Shown: one piece after another, positions 1 through 11,754 of the stretch | How the letters are laid out: each line of letters opens with the position of its first letter | Numbering within the stretch: position 1 is the first letter of the stretch | Assembly: GCA_951406725.2 (NCBI GenBank) | Contig: OX597814.1 | Span: 8,122,001-8,186,000, forward strand | DNA from: Octopus vulgaris | Lineage: Eukaryota | DNA: 64,000 bases | Reading direction: 5' to 3' | Notes under the pieces: model-generated | Database searches by the model: none | The model's input: only the letters and a program-made list of their open reading frames with translations | What the model was told of the DNA's origin: nothing | Made by a program: the position numbers and the translations under genes

Positions 1-1105
1 TTTTATCATCTGCATAACTTGTGATCGTGGCTCTCTGCGTGGCTGAGGGCATGTCTGAGAGGGCCATTATGAACAGTAGTGGTCCCAAGACAGTGCCCTG
101 CGGAACACCGCTCACTATTTGCGTGTTAATGGAAGTGGCCCCATTGGCTACTACCACCTGACTTCTATCTTTCAGAAAGTCATGAAGCCATTCTCCCAGT
201 TTTCCATCTATGTTGAGATCACGCAGTTTGTGACATATCATTCCATGATCGACTTTATCTAAGGCCTTCGCAAAGTCGAGATATATCACTTCAACATTTG
301 AGTGGTTGAGCAGTCGTTTCAGCACCCAGTCATAGTGATGTAGGAGCTGAGTTAAACAGCTTCTCCCTGGTCGGAAACCATGTTGGGTGTCGGGCAGCAA
401 GTCATTTCCTTCAAGGAAGGTGATCAGTTTCCTTCTGACTATTCGTTCCATGACCTTGCTGATGTGTGATGTCAGAGAGATAGGTCTGTAGTTCTTGGCC
501 TCCGCTCTGCTACCTCCTTTATGAATAGGGCATATTTTACCTTCCTTCAGTTTTCTTGGAAGTTTGCCAGCTGCAAGGAAGCTCTGAAAGAGGAACTGCA
601 GTGGTCTTGCTAGGACTCTCTTACATACTTTTAGGAGGATTGCCGGGAATCCATCGGGGCCAGTAGCTGAGTCTGTTTTCATTTCATCTATAGCCTTTAT
701 TACATCGTCTTCCTTTATATCGATGTAGTCTATCGTCGCCGCCTCTGATTTTATATCTGCAGTGGTAAAGAAGTCAGTTGGATTGGTGATTTGGAAATGC
801 CCAAGGGTGGAGTGAAAACACTCTTGAATTGCTCATTCAGTATTTCACTTACCCTCATTGGTTTTCCTGTGACTGTGCCATCCTTTTAAACGAGTGGACC
901 TATCCTACAGTGAACCGTAGCTGTTTCTTTGGCATACCTGTAGAAAGCTCTGGGGTTAGATTTTATGTTGTCTATAGCCCAGGCGTCTTTGTCTGCTCTT
1001 TCCTTTTCATCGGGGAGTTGCAGACATTTTTCAATTTCCAACAGTTTTATTTTCAGGCGGGACTTTTCACTGCTTTCAATTTGTTTGTTTAGGCGATTTG
1101 AAATT
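1..1105 (-). mobile_element. CR1-type LINE fragment (RT region), runs off the window edge; near-copy of 3878-4982
   Basis: Aligns directly with 3878-4982, which encodes RT motifs (QHGFRPGRSC, YLDFAKAFDKV, GVPQGTVLGP, YADD); its 5' end stops in a (TA)n tract. Confidence 0.85.
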
Positions 1106-1757
<652 letters not shown>

Positions 1758-1825
1758 TTGTAAAAAATGAAGTTCGAAAATGCTGCTGTATTATACAATT
1801 TTAAATTTTTATATATATACATTAT

Positions 1826-1859
1826 AACATGTTTCAGTTCCTGAAATGAACCTTATCAA
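1826..1859 (-). ncRNA. Degenerate type I hammerhead-like motif (U3:A8 core)
   Basis: Minus strand TTGATAA-GGTTC-ATTTCAG-GAACT-GAAAC-AT-GTT; stem II and palindromic stem III (ACATGT) present, stem I weak. Confidence 0.45.
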
Positions 1860-2239
1860 AAAAAGTTATATATAAAAAAAGACAGCTCATGCCGTCAAAC
1901 ACAAGAAATTCATTTATAATACACAACGGAGTCAGACATCTTAGAGTTCATGTATAGTTGATATATAGTTCATGTATAGTTGATATATAGTTTGAAGTAT
2001 ATGTTCAAAGTGTTCGATGCAGTGGCCCACGGTGGCGATACGTATTCAATACAAAAAACAGATCAAAGTGGTGGAAAGCGGTCAATACAGAAGATTGATG
2101 TTTCCGAAAGAGCGAGGAATTCTTTTTTACCTTAAGCAAATGTGATGACCCATGGTGAATGTTCGCTGGGTGGTTCTAATGAGTTTTTGTGAAGTGTTCG
2201 GTTTTATAATGCCTGTTAGGTGGTCAATTCAGCGTAGCG

Positions 2240-2668
2240 TGACGTCATCAACGTTTTGACCAATCGTTTCGTTAGGTGGCTTTAGTCAAGTAGAACGGGA
2301 CGTCATTATTATTTTGACCAATCGCTGCATTATAACTGCCTCTTGTTTGTTTTCCTGTTTTGACCAGTCGCTTCGTTAGTCAAGTAGAACGGGACGTCAT
2401 CATTATTTTGACCAATCGCTGCATTATAACTGCCTCTTGTTTGTTTCCTGTCCTGACCAGTCGCTTCGTTAGTCAAGCAGAACGGGACGTCATGCAGATT
2501 CTGCCCAATCACGATTTATAGCTACATTAGATCTGCCCCCTGTCTGTACTTGTTAGGTGACTATTCAAGCAGAAAAGGACGTCATCAATATTCTGACTAA
2601 TGACTGTCCCCTGTTTGTATCCTGTCCATTCTAGCTGAGCTAGACGTCATCAACTTGTTGACCAATCA
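2240..2668. promoter_or_regulatory. Six GACGTCA-N12-CCAAT composite motifs, partly within a ~94-bp tandem repeat
   Basis: GACGTCA at ~2241, 2298, 2393, 2486, 2578 and 2643, each followed 12 nt later by CCAAT (one CTAAT); repeat units start at 2285, 2379 and 2472. Confidence 0.6.
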
Positions 2669-2895
2669 GAATCGGGTCTGACCCTTAGCTGTATCGTATT
2701 TTTCAGGGTCAGATTTGCACGAAAGAATTTTTTTCCCTTTTTCTTACTTAGGTATATTTCCGTCAGAGTGAGTGTCTGTTTGAAGTAGCGGTCGTGGTGG
2801 AATTTTGCTTCTCCTTTTCGGAGGACTTATCTTTTGTTTTAGTATTCCTGGCCCAGGGTGTATATATACATATATGTATATATACATATATATAT

Positions 2896-5033
2896 GATTG
2901 ATTGATTGATTGATTCTAGTTTCAGCTCATGAGCTGTGGCCATGCTGGGGCACCGCCATTTGGTGTTGCTACTTGGTTTTACTTTACGAATGCTTTCTAG
3001 CAACTGCCATTTGGTGCATGAGAGAGTTCGATGCAGCTGCCCTCATCTGTACCTCCTGCCGTGAAGTTGGTTCATCTGGGACACCTGACAGGAAGAGATC
3101 CAGTTTCATTTTAAAGACATCTGCGTCCACCCCATGCAGGTCTCTCAGGTTCTTCGGGAGGATATTGAAGAGCTGTGGGCCTCGGAAGCCCAGGCTATCA
3201 CAGTATCTTGTCCTACATCTTGATGGCAAATTTGGAGTCCTAGGCACCACGCAGTGGTGCCCAGTTCTGGCATTTGTGTAACTCTCGATGCCAAAGTTTG
3301 GGACACGTCCCTCCAGGATCTTCCAGATGTATATTATGGCATATCTTTCCCGCCTACGCTCCATGGAATATAGTTTTAATCTCTTGAGTCTTTCCCAGTA
3401 GCTTACATTCTGCATAGAGGCTATCTTCTTCGTGTAGCTACGCTGGATCGCCTCGAGCTCTGTGATCAACTTCACACTGGATGGTGACCATAACTGAGAG
3501 CAATAGTCAAAGTGGCTTAGGACAAGTGTCCTCCAAAGGACCATCATAGTTTCTTGCTCTCTTGTTCTAAAGGTTCTGAGAATCCATCCGGCCAGTCGTC
3601 TACATTTCATTGCCAATTTAGCAACATGAACACGAAAGGTTGCGTCATCACTCATATAAATACCCAGGTCACGCACTGATTGTGCCTCTGGGATTACTAT
3701 TCCTCCGGGTCCAGTGTATTCATTGGGTATTGCATTTAGTTTTGCATGCTGATAGTATAAAGCTTGAAACTTTTCAGCATTGAACTGCTATTCCTTTCAG
3801 CCCACTTGTATATTTTGTCCAGCTCACATTGCAGGCGTTTAGTGTCCTCAGGGTTCTGTATTGCCTGTGAAACTTTTGTATCATCTGCATAACTTGTGAT
3901 CGTGGCTCTCTGCGTGGCTGAGGGCATGTCTGAGAGGGCCATTACGAACAGTAGTGGTCCCAGAACAGTGCCCTGCGGGACACCGCTCACTATTTGCGTG
4001 TTAATGGAAGTGGCCCCATTGGCTACTACCACCTGACTTCTATCTTTCAGAAAGTCATGAAGCCATTCTCCCAGTTTTCCAACTATGTTGAGATCACGCA
4101 GTTTGTGACATATCATTCCATGATCGACTTTATCAAAGGCCTTCGCAAAGTCGAGATATATCACTTCCACATTTGAGTGGTTGAGCAGCCGTTTCAGCAC
4201 CCAGTCATAGTGTTGTAGGAGCTGAGTTAAACAGCTTCTCCCTGGTCGGAAACCATGTTGGGTGTCGGGCAGCAAGTCATTTTCTTCAAGGAAGGTGATC
4301 AGTTTCCTTCTGACTATTCGTTCCATGACTTTGCTGATGTGTGAGGTCAGAGAGATAGGTCTGTAGTTCTTGGCCTCCGCTCTGCTACCTCCTTCATGAA
4401 TAAGGCATATTTTACCTTCCTTCAGTTTTCTTGGAAGTTTGCCAGCTGCAAGGAAGCTCTGAAAGAGGAACTGCAGTGGTCTTGCTAGGACTCTCTTACA
4501 TGCTTTTAGGAGGATTGCCGGGAATCCATCGGGGCCAGTAGCTGAGTCTGTTTTCATTTCATCTATAGCCTTTATTACATCGTCTTCCTTTATATCGATG
4601 TAATCTATCGTCGCCGCCTCTGATTTTATATCTGCAGTGGTAAAGAAGTCTGTTGGATTGGTGATTTGGAGATGCCCAAGGGGTGGAGTGAAAACACTCT
4701 TGAATTACTCATTCGGTATTTCACTTACCCTCATTGGTTTTTTTGTAAGCGTGCCATCCTTTTCAAGGAGTGGCCCTATTCTACAGTGCACCGTAGCTGT
4801 TTCTTTGGCATACCTGTAGAAAGCTCTGGGATTAGATTTTATGTTGTCTATAGCCCAGGCTTCTTTGTCTGCTCTTTCCTTTTCATCGGAGAGTTGCAGA
4901 CATTTTTCAATTTCCAACAGTTTTATTTTCAGGCAGGACTTTTCACTGCTTTCAATCTGTTTGTTTAGGCGATTTGAAATTTTTGTAGGCCGTCTCATTA
5001 AAATTTTCCTCTCTCTGGGGATTTTGTTCTTGT

Positions 5034-5037
<4 letters not shown>
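2896..5037 (-). mobile_element. 5'-truncated CR1-type LINE with (ATCA)n 3' tail
   Basis: ORFs 3736-4557 (RT core) and 2984-3676 (RDLG...DYCSQLWSP...LEAIQR...SYWERL) split by a frameshift; (GATT)n at 2896-2915; (TA)n on both sides. Confidence 0.9.
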
Positions 5038-5077
<40 letters not shown>

Positions 5078-5078
<1 letters not shown>

Positions 5079-6319
5079 GAGGGGCATTCAATAAGTAATG
5101 CCCCTGACCCACTTCCCATAGCAGTAGAGCAACGAAACTTGGCACAGTTATTAGTCTTTTCCTACATAGGAACCACTCAGAGTTACGCATTTCTCCCATT
5201 GTTTGATGCAGCTCTGGAGACTGTTTTTGTAGGAGACCCCAGCTTGGTCCTCCAACCTGAACGTGACTTCAGAAATCAAGGCTGCATCATCTGGGAAACG
5301 CTTTCCTTTCAAAAACAACTTCATGACTGGGAAGAGGTGAAAATCAGAGGAGTTCATAGCCATACGCCTGTGCTTCTGATCTGGCGACAAGCGAGTTGTG
5401 GACCGGAGCGTTGTCCTGCAGGAGGAGGATGCCTTTGCTGATCTTGCCCCGCCTCTTGATTTTGATAACTTCTCTTAATTTCCTCAAAAGTGAAGCATAA
5501 TAGGCTCCTGCAATTGTGGTATCCTTTGCCAAGAAATCTGTCATCACTACTCCGTCCTTGTCCCAGAAGACTGTGAGCATGACCTTGCCAGCGGAGGGCT
5601 GCACCCTTGCCTTCTTTGGAGGGGGTGAGTCACGGTGCTTCCACTGCATTGACTGGGCTTTGGTCTCTGGATCATCGTGATGGACCCAGGTTTCATCCTG
5701 TGCAATCAGTCTTTTGAAAAATTTTGACTCATCTTCTTGGCACATCTCCAAATTCACCCTCGAGCACTCGACGCGTTCTTGCTTCTGGAAAGGCGTGAGC
5801 AACCTGGAAATCCATCTGGCAGACACCTTTTGCATATGCAAATGGTCATGAATGATAGTTTCCACAGACCCGGTACTAATCTTGACCTCATGGGCTATTT
5901 GGCGAATAGTTATGCGTCGATCTTCCAAAATGACGGACAGATGCCTCATCAATGGCAGAAGGGGCGACCAGATCTGGGAGCTGTTTCCACAGAGTTCCGA
6001 CCATGTTTGAATTCACGATGCCAGCGTTTTACAAGGTCATATGATGGGGCATCATCACCATAAGTTACTTTCATTTCATCAAAAGTCTCCCGTGGTATGC
6101 GTCCTTTCAAATACCAAAACCGGATCACTGCTCGACACTCAACAGGCTCCATTTCACACTTGACTCGGTTCAAACACTTGAAAATCAGAAACCACAATTA
6201 ATTCAGAGCTGTAATTTGCCACTTACTCTATAAAGATATAAATGATTGCACATGTAAAATGTCAGCTAGATCAAACAACTGCAAGTGGGTTAGGGGCATT
6301 ACTTATTGAACGTCCCTCG
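5078..6319 (-). mobile_element. Mariner (Tc1/mariner DD34D) DNA transposon, defective copy 1
   Basis: TIRs CGAGGGGCATTCAATAAGTAATGCCCC... / ...GGGGCATTACTTATTGAACGTCCCTCG; TA at 5076-77 and 6320-21; motifs QDETW, KVMLTVFWD, QDNA. Confidence 0.95.
5151..6152 (-). pseudogene. Mariner transposase pseudogene
   Basis: Split across ORFs 5949-6197, 5344-5952 and 5151-5390; relative to copy 2 it has deletions at ~5930 and ~5350, the latter removing the PYSPDLAP motif. Confidence 0.9.
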
Positions 6320-6575
<256 letters not shown>

Positions 6576-6591
6576 AGAAAAATATTTAAAC

Positions 6592-6655
6592 CACCTGATG
6601 AATGACTGCGACTCAAAATTTTGAAGATGTTAGCAGGCATGAAACGATTGTAGTG
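6592..6655 (+). ncRNA. Type I hammerhead ribozyme, 5' pLTR copy
   Basis: CAC-CTGATGA-ATGACTGC...GCAGGCAT-GAAAC-GATT-GTA-GTG; stem III palindrome carries a C>T change. Confidence 0.75.
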
Positions 6656-6927
6656 TGATATTAATTATATTTTTTTAATAATTTTGTTATATATTTAAAT
6701 AATATAAATAAATCATATGTATTGGCTTAAGTTTTCCATTGTTTGATTTGCCTAATAGTGGTTTTGTCTCTAATTTAATATTATATAATATTTTTCTATA
6801 AAATTGGATTCAATCCTAAATCTGATTTTTCTCCGTAAGTTTGGATTTATTCCCTAATATTTATTATTATTAATTAATATATTGATAAATTACGTATATT
6901 GTGTGTAATATCTCAACTTCGTAAATT

Positions 6928-9410
6928 ATGGAATTTACAGGTAAGATAGAACCACTATTTTGGAATTCATCATTGAAGGATATTCCAGTACCTTCTAGAA
7001 AGGAATTTATTTTGAAACTTATTAATAATATTAAGGATTTTGTTTCTAGAATTAAATGGAAAGCTTACTATTATAACTATTATATATCTAATCTTAATGA
7101 TAGTATGAATGATAATTTTACCTCTAATTTTAAATCCAAAAAGGAACTCCCATTTAATAGAGTATTACAAATACTAGAAGATAATATTTGGAAGGTGGTG
7201 AAAAACATTAAATTTCATAAATACCCAAACAGAAATAATGAATATTTAAGAAATTTAGCAATTAGAATTAAAGATATGAGAAATATGGATGGTATTATTG
7301 TGCAATCTGATAAAACTAGGAATCTATATAAATTGGATGTTAAATTATATGATAACCTTTTAGAGAAAGAAATAATTAAAAAATATAAAATTGTTCCAGA
7401 TAGTAAACTTTATAATATTAATAAGGCCTCTAAATTAGTAATGATAAACTATGAATTGGATAATAAAACTGAACCTTATGTACCTATGCACCCTAGAATT
7501 ACTCTGAAAGACCATAAAGATAATTTTTATTCAGACCCTAAAGTTAGATTAATTTGTCCATGTAAATTTGACCTTGGTAAATTAAGTAAGCTTATTTTAG
7601 ATAAATATATTAATAAATTAAATAAACTTAATTACTTAAAATTATGGTTTAGTCATGATAATACTTTGAATTGGTTTAATAATATTAAAGATAAAAATCG
7701 TTATAAATTTATTCAAATAGATATAGGTAATTACTATTCTTCTATTAATGAAATTGTGTTTAATAAGGAGGCCCTTATTTTTGCAATGAATAAAGTGGGA
7801 ATGACATTTGAAGAAGTTAATGTAATTAAAATGGCTAGGAAATCGCTCATTAAATATAAAATAAATTATGGGCCAGGAAAGATACTAGGGATTTTTTTGA
7901 TATACCTATGGGAGCACCTGATTCTGCACAAGCTACGGATTTAGTAGGTATTTATCTTTTATCTGAACTCCAATTAGAAAATTTAAAGATAGAGGGTGGT
8001 TTATATAGGGATGACCTTCTACTAATTACTAAGAATTGCACTAATAGGAACCTAGAAGTATATAAGAAAAAACTTTATAGTTTCTTTAAAAGATATGGTT
8101 TAAGTATTACTATATATAATGAGAATTTTAATGTTAATTATTTAGATGTTAATTTTAATCTAATTACAGGTAAAACACAACCATATCATAAACTTAATGA
8201 GAACCTTAGATATATAAATGTTAATAGTAATCACCCACCATCAATTAAAAAATCGTTGATTAATAATATAAGTAAACGTATATCATTACTTTCTTATGAT
8301 ATAGAGATTTTTAATAAACATGCTCCTTATTATAATGAGGCCCTTAGAGAGGCAGGTTATAATAGTAATATTAAATTTTTTATTAAAAATAAAGATAAAG
8401 ATATAACTAATAATATTAGAGATAAAAATATTAATAATAATTATAATAATTTTGTTAGTAATAGTGGTAAAAATATTAGAAATTATAAAAATAAAAATAA
8501 TATAAATAAAAATAAGAATAAAAATAAAAATAAAAATAATAATAATAATAAAAATAAAAATAAAATTAATAACTTTAATAATTCTTTAAATGTTGATTAT
8601 AAATTTAAATCTGATAATAATAATAATAATAATATGATTTAAAAATGTAATTACAACAATAATAATGACAGTTTTAATAATAAGAAGGAAAATAAGAATA
8701 AAATTTGGTTAATAGTTCCTTATGGTGCTGAAGTTAAAACGAACATTATTAAAGAGATTTTAGATATTATTGAACTATTTATTCGAGATAATCGTAAATA
8801 TAAAAATATTTTCTCTAGTAATAATTTTGGAGTAGGTTATTCCACCACTAATAGTGTAGGTAACATTATTTCTTCTTTTAACAAATTTAAACTGAATAAT
8901 TTTTATAAAAATAAGATATTTAATAATACCAATAATAAAGACAAGACACTAATTAACTGTACATGTAGAGATAAATCTAAATGTAAATTAAATAATAAAT
9001 GTGATACTAATGATGTAGTGTAAAAATGTATAGTTACATTACATGATAAGAATATTAAGAATAATAATAACTCAAACGCGATATATATAGGGTCCACTTC
9101 CTCTAAAATGAAATTAAGAATCGCACAAAATTTGAATTCATTTAAAAATAAAAACTTAATTAACTCCACTGGACTTAGCAAGTACATTTGGAGACTTAAA
9201 TCCCAAAATATTAATTATAATTTATCTTGGGAAATAATTAGTAAAATTAAATCATATACTATAGGAGCGAATTTTTGTTATTTGTGCTCTAATGAGTTTA
9301 AGGAAATTTTACTTTATAAGCATGATAATTTACTGAATACCTGTGATGAGCGCAAAATAAAATGCAGACACAAGTTACTTTACTTATATAATAAGTTTCT
9401 TGATAAATAA
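6928..9410 (+). pseudogene. PLE reverse transcriptase / GIY-YIG endonuclease ORF, disrupted
   Basis: SDKTRNLY, ITLKDHKDNF, RLICP, DIGNYYSSI, MGAPDS, GLYRDD, YLDV, SNHPPSI, IWLIVPY, CTCRDKSKC, VV*KC...IYIGST, CYLC, KCRH; frameshifts near 7860-7905 and ~8785; stops at 8640 and ~9021. Confidence 0.9.
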
Positions 9411-11433
9411 TAATTATTTAATAGCCTTAATTAGCACCCTATTTATTGTTTTATGTAATAGTATTATAAATATACCAAGTGATTTGTAGTACATATTATA
9501 ATAGTTTATTTTAGTTATTTAGGTTTTGATTTTAATTATAGTTAGATTATAGATGGTTTTTCATTGTATTACTAAATATTTTATTACTGAATAATAAATA
9601 TTTAATGGTTTATTGAATATTGAGTCTGGTAAGTTACAATTTGATTTATTTTATAAATTTTATTATAATTTTTGTTATATTTCTATTATAACTTCGTTAA
9701 ATTATAATTTTGTTATATTAATCTATTTGTATGTAATCTCTTTATATTTGAAATAGTTTTATTTAGTTGTTTACTTTAATCCATTTTATTTAATATAGAA
9801 GTATAGATTAGTAGATTAATTTTTTAGATTTAACTTAATATTTACCTCTATTTTGTATTGTAGTATGATTATAGACATTTATATATCTATTTATTTATAA
9901 TATATGTGGATGTGTGTGTTTGTATATATGTGTATTTGATGATGTGTGTGTATATATATATATATATGTATATGCATTTATTTATTTGTATGTGTGTGGG
10001 TGTGTATATATTGGTGTAAGTGTATATATTGAGTATTGTATGTATGTACATGTATGAGTGTGCATATGTGTATGGGTGTAAGTGTGTGTATGTATATGTG
10101 TATATATGTATATGAATGTATGTGAGTATGTATGTGTATATGTGTATATATATGTATATGTATGTATATGTGTATATGTGTATATATGTATATATATATG
10201 TATATGTATGGATATTTTTTTATATATTTATGTATACGTATGTATAGTTATACTTCAAATTTTGATTAGTATATACAGATTTGTTATGATCACTAATTTT
10301 AGCTTATAATTATAAGGGTATGGGAAAGAATTTATAATATGTAGTGGGGTTACTATATACATTTATTTTTATGTATTTATTAATCTTATTAGATTTTTAG
10401 AATATATTTAATAATAAGTGGTTTTTAATCATTTAATTTATTTTGTATTAAGTTTCATTTATCATAGTTATTTTATTAATAAATATTATAGTATAGAGAG
10501 ATTTTATTCTTTATTTGTGAATTCTTTCTTTTTACAATGATAAACATATAATTTTCCATTCATAATCTTTAATAAACTTAGGTTCCTCACGCGTAATGAA
10601 TTCTTCAACAATTTATTCTTTTTTTTTGCTAATAACGTAATTCCATGAGTATTCTTATAAACGCTGTATAAGACGTTTTTTGATTCAAAATTTTAGTTCA
10701 TTGTTTAAACCTCGCCAAGAAAAGTATGTATCTTTTTAAGATCTTCAAATTGTAAATTTTAATATTGTATAAGCCTTTGGAGTAATAATATTCTCCTTAT
10801 GTAAATATTGTTGTTTATGTAATGATCTAATTATCGTAATTTTCTATGTTATTAGATATTAAATAAATTAGATAAACTTTGATAAAATTAGATATGTTTC
10901 GACAAAAGATTGGTCTAGGCCATGTCTAATTTAATAGCATAATTTATATTAGATAATTATTCCCATTCAAAATTATATTTATAGTACTTATAGTATTTAT
11001 TTAATACTATATTACTAAGAATTGAATATTTCTATAAGTATTTTACATAAGATTTTGAAAGTCAGTTTAAGTTAGTTTATTTGTATTTTGAAATTAGCTA
11101 TTTCATCTTTAAATATGAAAAATTAAATTTATTAGGTTTTCATTATATACAATTATTTATAGAGATTATTTTAGATCTTGATTATAATATTTATATATAT
11201 TTTCATTGATAATTTATATATATTAGTCATTTTAAATATTTATGTAATTAGATATAGACTAATATTGATATTAGAATATGGGTTTTCTATCTTATAAATT
11301 AAAGTTAATATTTAACATTATAGTCGATTTCGATATAATCATATTTAATAATAGAGTTTATTATAAGTAAAATTATTATATTATATATATTATTTATATC
11401 TTAAAATATTGATTATATTTTAGATATTTAAAC

Positions 11434-11497
11434 CACCTGATGAATGACTGCGACTCAAAAATTTGAAGATGTTAGCAGGCATGAAACGATCGTAGTG
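11434..11497 (+). ncRNA. Type I hammerhead ribozyme, 3' pLTR copy
   Basis: CAC-CTGATGA-stem II-GAAAC-GATC-GTA-GTG; palindromic stem III ACGATCGT; GUA cleavage triplet. Confidence 0.8.
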
Positions 11498-11624
11498 TGA
11501 TATTAATTATATTTTTTTAATAATTTTGCTATATATTTAAATAGTATAAATTAATCATATGTATTGGCTTAAGTTTTTCATTGTTTGATTTGCCTAATAG
11601 TGGTTTTGTCTCTAATTTAATATA

Positions 11625-11625
<1 letters not shown>

Positions 11626-11682
<57 letters not shown>

Positions 11683-11721
11683 CGAGAGAGAGATATTATA
11701 TATATATATACATATATATAC

Positions 11722-11751
<30 letters not shown>
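11626..11751. repeat. (TA)n/(GA)n microsatellite
   Basis: Direct observation. Confidence 0.97.

Positions 11752-11754
<3 letters not shown>

Larger units (their letters stand above)
1758..2857 (-). mobile_element. Probable 3' end/pLTR fragment of a Penelope-like element
   Basis: Flanked by (TA)n tracts; degenerate minus-strand hammerhead at 1826-1859; CRE/CCAAT repeats upstream of it; no intact ORF. Confidence 0.4.
6582..11625 (+). mobile_element. Full-length Penelope-like retroelement (Naiad-like) bounded by ~200-bp direct pseudo-LTRs
   Basis: Direct repeats 6582-~6782 and 11424-~11625, each with a hammerhead; RT plus C-terminal GIY-YIG ORF; ~2-kb AT-rich 3' region; (TA)n flanks. Confidence 0.9.

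Noticed and set aside
8950-9410. Selenocysteine (UGA) recoding as reported for some Naiad PLEs
   Set aside because: Conserved Cys positions checked use TGT/TGC and the in-frame stops seen are TAA, so this is ordinary decay
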